From Chrysomallon squamiferum (Eukaryota; Animalia; Mollusca): a DNA stretch of 64,000 bases. Made by a program: the position numbers and the translations under genes. Of this stretch, positions 56,120 through 64,000 are shown one piece after another. How positions within the stretch are numbered: the stretch's first letter is position 1; each line of letters begins with the position of its first letter. The stretch spans positions 5,828,001 to 5,892,000 of the forward strand of contig CM022666.1 of assembly GCA_012295275.1 (NCBI GenBank). The letters are read 5' to 3'. The notes beneath the pieces are model-generated. The model was not told the DNA's origin and did no database searches. It saw only the letters and a program-made list of their open reading frames with translations.

Positions 56120-57240
56120 CTTGATAATTTCAGTGCCCAGTACAGTGTGTCTTAATCATTTTAGTGTATGGCCCAGTGTGCCTTAATCATTTTAGTGTCT
56201 GGCTCACTGTCTTAATCATTTTAGTGTCTGGTTCAATGTTCCTTAATCATTTTAGTGTTTGGTTCAGTGTGCCTTAATCATTTTAGTGTTTGGTTCAGTG
56301 TGCCTTAATCATTTTAATGTCTGGCCTAGTGTGTCTTAATCATTTTAGTGTCTGGCTCAGTGTGTCTTAATCATTTTAGTGTTTGGCTCAGTGTGTCTTA
56401 ATCATTTTAGTGTCTGTCTGGCTCAGTGTGTCTTAACCATTTTAGTGTCTGGCTCAGTCTGTCTTAATCATTTTAGGGTCTGCTTCAATGTGCCTTAATC
56501 ATTTTAGTGTTTGGTTCAGTGTGCCTTAATCATTTTAATGTCTGGCCCAGTGTGTCTTAATCATTTTAGTGTTTGGTTCAATGTGCCTAAATCATTTTAG
56601 TGTCTGGTTCAATGTGCCGTAATCATTTTAATGTCTGGCTCAGTGTCTTAATCATTTTAGTGTCTGGTCCAGTGTGCCTTAATCATTTTAGTGTCTGGTC
56701 CAGTGTGCCTTAATCATTTTAGTGTCTAGTTCAATGTGCCTTAATCATTTTAGTGTCTGGTTCAATGTGCCTTAATCATTTTACTGTCTGGCTCAGTGTG
56801 CCTTAACCATTTTAGTGTCTGGCTCAGTGTGCCTTAATCATTTTAGTGTCTGGCTCAGTGTGCCTTAATCATTTTAGTGTTTGGTTCAATGTGCCTTAAC
56901 CATTTTAGTGTCTGGCTCAGTGTGCCTTAATCATTTTAGTGTTTTGTTCAATGTGCCTTAATCATTTTAGTGTTTGGTTCAGTGTGCCTTAATCATTTTA
57001 GTGTTTGGTTCAATGTGACTTAATCATTTTAGTGTTTGGTTCAGTGTGCCTTAATCATTTTAGTGTTTGGTTCAATGTGCCTTAATCATTTTAGTGTTTT
57101 GTTCAATGTGCATTAATTATTTTAGTGTCTAATTCAGTGTGCCTTAATCATTTTAGTGTCTGTTTCAATGTGTCTTGATGATTTTACTGTTTGGTTCAAT
57201 GTGCCTTAATCATTTTAGTGTTTGTTTCAATGTGCCTTGA
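56120..57240. repeat. 31-bp minisatellite, ~36 copies
   Basis: Unit ttaatcattttagtgtctggctcagtgtgcc; ggctcagtg at 56821 and 56852 gives a period of 31. Confidence 0.97.
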
Positions 57241-57278
57241 GATAACATAACTGCTATAACTCCAGTTTCACAATGAAT

Positions 57279-57310
<32 letters not shown>

Positions 57311-57444
57311 TCTGTACCATAACCTTTGTGGCCCACTGTGAGTGAACTGGAGACTGAGTCATTTGTTATTAGAAATGGAGAAAGCTGACAGGCAATTATC
57401 TAGCTTCACTAAACGTGTCTGTCGAATCACCACTCAAATTTGAC

Positions 57445-57915
57445 ACATTCTCAAATTAAAATATCTCGTTAGAATTTAGTGCTGAAATTACCAATAAGTA
57501 ACTGTTAGATACTTGGTGTTCACATTTTGCAGCAACTCACCATTTTGTTGGAAGTCAGGGCTCAAATTACCATTAAGTAATTGTTAGATATTCGGTGTTC
57601 AAATTTTGCAGTATCTGTCCGTTTTGTTAGAAGTTAAGTTCTCAAATTATCGAAAGTAGCCATTTTTGTGAAAATTTACTGGTTCTAATTAGAATTATTA
57701 TTACTGAACATTTTGTTAGAATTTGTTGTTATATTTTAGTTTTAAACTTGACAAAAAGTAACTATTCTGTTAAATTTTAGCATTCAGATTATCAAAAGTA
57801 ATCAGTTTTTATTATAATTTAGTGTTAAAATTGTGAAAAGTTACTTTTTTTCAAATCTGGTGTTCAAATTATCTGCAGTGACAAGTTTGCTAAAATTTTG
57901 AATTATCAAAAATGT
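57445..57915. repeat. Old degenerate ~36-40-bp tandem repeat
   Basis: Recurring tcaaattac/at...tgttagaa/at...ggtgttca motifs. Confidence 0.65.
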
Positions 57916-58899
57916 AGTGTTGATATTCTTTAAGAACCAACTTCTTTTTTCTTGTTTGTTTTTAATTTATTTCTTCTTTTTAAAATTATGTAAAATGCCA
58001 AATCTGGAAAACAAATATAAACCTCCAAATCTTAAAGTTTTTTAGGTTATTAATATTTAAATGCTTAAGTATATAGTTAAAATAGCTGTTACTGAATAAC
58101 ATGCATTCAAACAACATATATATACAAAAATTAAAAAGATTCTTTGAATTTACTGCAAACTTTGATATACCAGTTTAATGTTTAATTTTTTTTATTTTTT
58201 TATTTTTTTATTTTTTATTTTCTTAAACATACAAATATGCATTAAAAAAATCTCTGAACAAAACAAACAAAAAAAATATGAGAAAAAAACCAAGAACAAG
58301 CTGACAGCAAGAAGCAATAAAAATAATAATAACCACAATAAAAAAAATAAACAAACAATTATTCTAATCCTCCCTGGCTAAATACATGTAATCCGCCCAC
58401 AAAAACAAAACCAGAAATCACCACTACATTATTGAGCAATGAAAAAAAAGCTGACACTAAGAACTTATAACTGGGAAAATGATCACACTTTTCCACCCAA
58501 TGAGATAGCTGTAATGGGGAGCATGCCTACTGCCATAAAATGGTACTAAACATGTCATAAAAACTTGTATGATACGACAAGCCAAGCAAAGACGATTGAA
58601 GGAATGGGTGCACGCGATATTATTTTGCATTGGCCACAAACTAGGCCATCAAAGCAAGTCAGATGCCTTTTAATGTTGCTTTTATAGACACACAATCTCA
58701 TTAGCATTTTATCCAAAGAGTGGTTGACAATGCCAACTTAACAGTCGTCAAATCATATTTTGTGCTTGGATTTTGTTTACTGCTTCTTAATAAGGATAAA
58801 GTTGCTAAATGTTAATTAAAACAGATTTCTGTTGATAAATGATTATTGACTCTTGGCTGATATTTTTCAGGTTATCTATATTTTAAATTTTTTATAATA

Positions 58900-58958
<59 letters not shown>

Positions 58959-59031
58959 AAAAGAGAAAGATGTCTCAAAGTGATTGTTTAAAATCAACAT
59001 ATTTTCACATGAAAATAACACCAAAAAATTA

Positions 59032-59075
<44 letters not shown>

Positions 59076-59099
59076 GTGATTATTTAGTTTAATCTAGCT

Positions 59100-59500
59100 T
59101 ATATTAATTAACAGTTAAATATTAAAATTCATACTGTAGATGTGTGGCTGAAACCAGCTTAGTTTTTAAAATAGAGTTGGAAATTGTCTAGTTTACACTT
59201 GCTTAAATTTTGAAATTGATACATAAGTTGTCTATCTCAAATAAGTTTAAACATTAAAATTCACACAAAAACTATTCAGTTTGAACTAGCCTAAATTTTA
59301 AAACTGATATACGTAAGTTGTCTGGCTCAAAAAAGTTTAAATATTATCATTCACACAGAAATTGTCAAGTTCAAACTAGCTTAAATATTAAAATAAACAC
59401 ACAGAAGTAGTCTAGTTCAAACATCAAAAATCACACAAGCTCAAACTCAACTCAAATATTTAAAATTCACACAAGAGGTGTCTAGCTTGAATTCACACAG
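59100..59500. repeat. Degenerate tandem repeat (aaattcacaca...gtctagtt...gcttaaat)
   Basis: Motifs recur several times with divergence. Confidence 0.6.
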
Positions 59501-60689
59501 GATGCAGGTAACAGTTAATGGTGTAGCTGAACTGAAATCAGTGTGGATGAGTGACCAGTCAGTTTTATATTTCATTTAACAGGAATTTTAGTCATCTGTC
59601 AATCTCAAATTAATGGCTGAACCACAACCCACAGTGGTGACCTTTTGACTGAAAAGCTGAAGATATTTCATTAGTGTGTATTAGTATTCGGAATTTCAGA
59701 GTTTATATCTGACATTTTAAGTACTGTTTAACTTTGACATTTATGAGAGTTTATATAAAGGAAAAAGTAATATCAGTAATGTGTGTTTTAAAAATGATTA
59801 ATAAGTCATATGAATAATTTAAATTTGTCATGTCTTCGGTATATCTGGTTTAAAATGTTCTTGCAGGGTTTTGTATCTGAAGGTTTTTTTTATTATAATT
59901 ATTGTAAAATAGACAGAGATATAATCATAAGCTGTAAAACATTTTTAGTAATTATATAAATTTAAAAAATAAAATAAAAAAGGTTAAATATAAGAAATAA
60001 TGGTTACAAATACACCTCAAAAAAGCAAATAAAATATTTTAAAATTATTAATATACATGAATGTATTTTATTATCATAATTTTTTAATATATTTTAAAAT
60101 TAAAGATTTTTTTTTTAAATGTCTTAATACATAATTTTTGTAATTTTATTTTTCTTTTTTTCACACATTAGGTCTATTTCTCAGACATGAGCAGTGGTTA
60201 GAATGGTATATAACCAAGTAAGTCGATGCCAGGGATCTATCTATCTATCCATGACTAGCTCTGGCCCTTTATTTCTACACTAAACCATGTCCTAACTAAT
60301 TTATTATGTTGTTAAATGAGAAAAGTTTTGGCCTTACAACAATAGGCTTTCATCTTTCCTGCAGAGTGGCCTACAGTAAAGAAACCAAGACAATATCTGT
60401 CACTGTGAAAATACAACACATGCATTAAGAGCAGAAAATACTATGATACACATCTCTATGGACATTAGCCATGCCTCACTGGTCTGGCCTTGGGGTGGGT
60501 CCATCTGTCACCAGCTGGCTGGCCAGAACTGACCAGTCTGACTTGACCATTCAGTTTGTCTTGACAAGCATGCTGAAAATCGTTGTAATGTTAGTGGTTA
60601 TGAAAAGGAAACCACATCAAGCTTGATTAGAAGGTGCCTTAGTAGTTAGGACTTTGTAACTGCAAGTGAAAAACCTCTCCACAAAAGTA

Positions 60690-60970
60690 AAACGAATGAA
60701 TGGCACCTCGACACGTTTTAACATTGATGGTTATTAGCTATCTGTCAAAATGAATTTCTGCGGTATTGATGATTATGAAGAAGAAACCCACTTTTGCCAT
60801 TCCGCTGACTGCTCTTATTGACTGGCAGCCATGAAATTTGATTAGCACCTTCTCATGAATTGGAACAAATTTGATAAGTAATCAAGTAGTGGCTGGAATA
60901 GAAAGTAGACCAGTAAGAGACCTGGTGAAAATTCATCACCAGACTGTCTAATATTAGGTCTACATTCTTT
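60690..60970 (-). mobile_element. Decayed SINE-like fragment related to the 40-kb cluster
   Basis: Shares atgaagaagaaacccact... and ggctggaatagaaag... blocks, in the same order, with 40310-40470; heavily diverged. Confidence 0.35.
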
Positions 60971-62399
60971 GTCTCATGATAATTAATACAATAGTTTTAA
61001 TACCAAACTCTGGGTAGCACTGAAATAAAACATGATAATTAAAAAAAAAAAAAAATTAAATATGTAGGCCTATGTGGTCTATTCATTTCAAATAATCATA
61101 ATGCAAATTAATATTTTTTCTTGTCTGCATGTGTGTATATGTTGCATGTGATTTTTTTTTTTTTTTTTTTACGTTTTCCTTGTTAATTATTTTGATATAT
61201 TATTTATGTTTTGTTGTTGCTAAAAAAATGTTGTTATCCATCTACCAAGATGCTGTAGAAACCAAAATTTTCTTACAAATTTTCTTGTGACTAGAATTGA
61301 TAAAAAATCATAAAAAATCCCTTCTTTTTACACATCCTCGAAATATACTTCTTTTTTTTTTAACTTTGTACAACTTAAATTTTTTTTACAAAAACAGATT
61401 TATACAATTAAACTTCACTCATTGCAAACAATATCTGTCTGAAAGACACCAGTGTCAGAAGAACCACATGAGGGCACTACCAGCTGTTTCCATTACTCAG
61501 CAGTCTAATTAGCATATTCAGAGAGGAAGGCCTAACTGCTGGGCTTTGTCCAGCTGTCATTGTCCAGTCGTTCTGGCCATCACAGGCTGGTCACATAATC
61601 ACACATAGGTGTGTAACCAGTATTATATATCCGATGTGCTATTGTCCACACAAATAATCACGTGTTGAATTTGTCAACACCAAGTAATGAGAAGTAAACT
61701 ATAAAAACCTGTTTTCGTTTGGAATTTGTACCTAGCCATGATCACCTATTAAGGATATATTACATACTGTTACAGATACATGCTTAAAAAACACACCTTT
61801 GTATACATTTAATTAAGTACCTAGTTTTATTGAAATCTGCAAGTTTGATTTTTCTTTAGTATTTAACATGTTATATACATTATATATACGACTAGCAGTC
61901 ATGTAATTGTGGGTTTATAACACATTATGCAGCGTAGCGTCACAATATATCTCACTTCAAGGGAAAGGGGAGGGCAAGGATTATATATTAATCTATTATG
62001 CTTTGAGCAATAGTGGTGGGTTGGTGGTGAGATTATGCACCATCAGTCAAACATCAAGTAAAAGGGGTGGGAGTGTGGAGAAACAATTTATCTAAATCAA
62101 GCAATGAGACATTGATTTATCAATAGCAGCTGTCAGGTTTATGTTTTGTGTATTGTGTTTTTTTTTTTTTCTGAAAATAAAACCAGATGCTGCAAGCGAT
62201 GTTGACAAAACACTGTTTCTAAAAGTGTAACATAATTTTCAATAATCAAACAATGGTTAATATTATTCCACCATAAAGAAGCCACTGGTTTCTGTATGTG
62301 TAACACGAAAAGTATATTGTAATATTCAATAGTCAGCAGATGATTCCATGATAAAGATTTTTCTTTCTCTCTGTGACTTTACAGTAAATTATTTGATAA

Positions 62400-62760
62400 A
62401 AATGACTACTTAATGTGAATAAAACATGAAATATTTTGCATCATTGGTTACTGGATATGATATGCCTAGTGTATTGTTCTATATCAGTGACTGTAATAAA
62501 TAATTTGTTATTACTGTCTGCTGGATATCACATGAATAGTGTATTAATTTGTAACAGTGGATGACTTTTTTATCACTGGCTACTGGATATGTTATTATTA
62601 TGATGCATTATTGTGTAGCTGTGGCAACAGTTAATGACTTTGAATCACTGGCTAAAGCTGGCTAAAACAGGTAATGGTTAGTCAGTTACAAAATCACTCA
62701 AACTGGAACTAATACTAAATGTGAATAAAACATTATTCTGCATCAATGGCTAATGAAAAC
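62400..62760. repeat. Degenerate repeat (atcactggctactggatat)
   Basis: The motif recurs ~5 times; aatgtgaataaaacat occurs at ~62412 and ~62718. Confidence 0.55.
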
Positions 62761-64000
62761 AAAAACAAACAAAAAAAAGAAAACAAAAAATGATTCTAAA
62801 ATTGCAGATAATTTAAAAATTTGTTCTGAAGTTAATAATAATAATTTCAAACACAGCTTAGCAGTCTATCTTTTTCACAAATAACCACAAAAACTAAAAA
62901 AAAATCACCACGTCAAAATTATACTGATGCTGTTCTGTATTATTAAAATAATTAACGTGCTGTATAATCAGCAACATGTTGGAAACATTGTGTAATATTT
63001 AAATCACAATAATCTTTGATGACATCATCCTTAAGCTGAGATTTTCAATATTAACTGGGATAAAGGGTAATTAGTATCTGTTCTTATTAAAAGCGTCATT
63101 GTATGTGGTCTATCATGTTGTGTAACAGTCTACACTAGATCTAAGGTGATATCCGTGTTTTGTTCTGGGTTTAATATAAAATGATACGACATCCTTCGAG
63201 TTACGTAACACAGATATGACCACCTGCCATTTCCTTTTTACTTTGTGGTGTAAAATTATTTTTCTTTTCCATTTATATTTTCTGTTTCTTAATTCATATC
63301 TGGTTATGTATATGCATGTTTGTATGTGTGTGTCTGTGTCTATGCATGTATATGTATGTGTTTGCATGTCAGCGTGTGTATGTATGTACACACGTATGCA
63401 TGTATGTGCACGTGTTCATAAACAAATAAATATGTTTTTCACATTTTCAAATTGTTTAAAGATGTTTTCAGTATCATTCATAAGTGGATCCTGAATTTTA
63501 GTTCAAGAATAAAATGTTTGTATGATCTATTTAAGGAAGTGAAATGACAAATTTAAGGTATGCCGGTATTAATTTCTTGGACACACTATACACATACATT
63601 AACTTAAATAATGCATACCAAGGTGTCGCTTTCATGTCTTTCCTTCTAAGAGGGTATTATTTATAAATTCCAGAAATAAGCTATGAGTAAATATGGTATC
63701 TGTTCACGATTATATAAATATGAAGAAAATTTAAAGACTATTTTAAAATATTCCATTGTTTAATAAAAAAAATATAAAAAATTAAAATTGTATATTACTG
63801 AATGAAAAAAAGAAAATGGAACTTTTTTGTAATTCTTTAAGATTATATTTTAAGAATTTATATATATTTGTTTTTAATTTGAAACTATTGTTGAACAACT
63901 ACATTTTAAAATTTATAATTCATTTTATGTGAAAAAAATCTTACTGTTTTTAATTATTAAATGTTTATTTTGTTTGTTTGTGGGTTTTTACAGTTATATA

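Noticed and set aside
47521-64000. Glypican exon 1 (signal peptide, first Cys)
   Set aside because: I found no minus-strand segment with a signal peptide and a phase-1 donor by eye; it probably lies beyond the window.

Overview
This is AT-rich, microsatellite-dense eukaryotic (animal) genomic DNA. It is probably from an invertebrate; a mollusc is plausible but this is an inference. The whole window appears to lie inside one large minus-strand gene, a glypican of the GPC1/2/4/6 (Dally-like) subfamily. Three internal coding exons are visible: 47362-47520 (159 bp), 20001-20392 (392 bp) and 8888-9053 (166 bp). They have canonical GT-AG sites and splice in frame. Exon 1 and exons 5 onward were not found and probably lie outside the window. 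The rest is intron, containing many microsatellites, two large minisatellites (26 bp and 31 bp units), a dozen older degenerate tandem repeats, remnants of a probable tRNA-derived SINE and an ~87-bp fold-back. The most unusual element is a four-copy ~630-bp tandem array (33.3-35.55 kb). Each copy has a near-invariant ~150-bp core that can fold into a three-way junction with a GNRA loop, next to a more variable 81-nt exon-like cassette. I see no support for a CRISPR array, a prokaryotic system or an intact transposon ORF. Nearly all ORF-track entries are low-complexity artefacts. All counts and folds below were done by eye.
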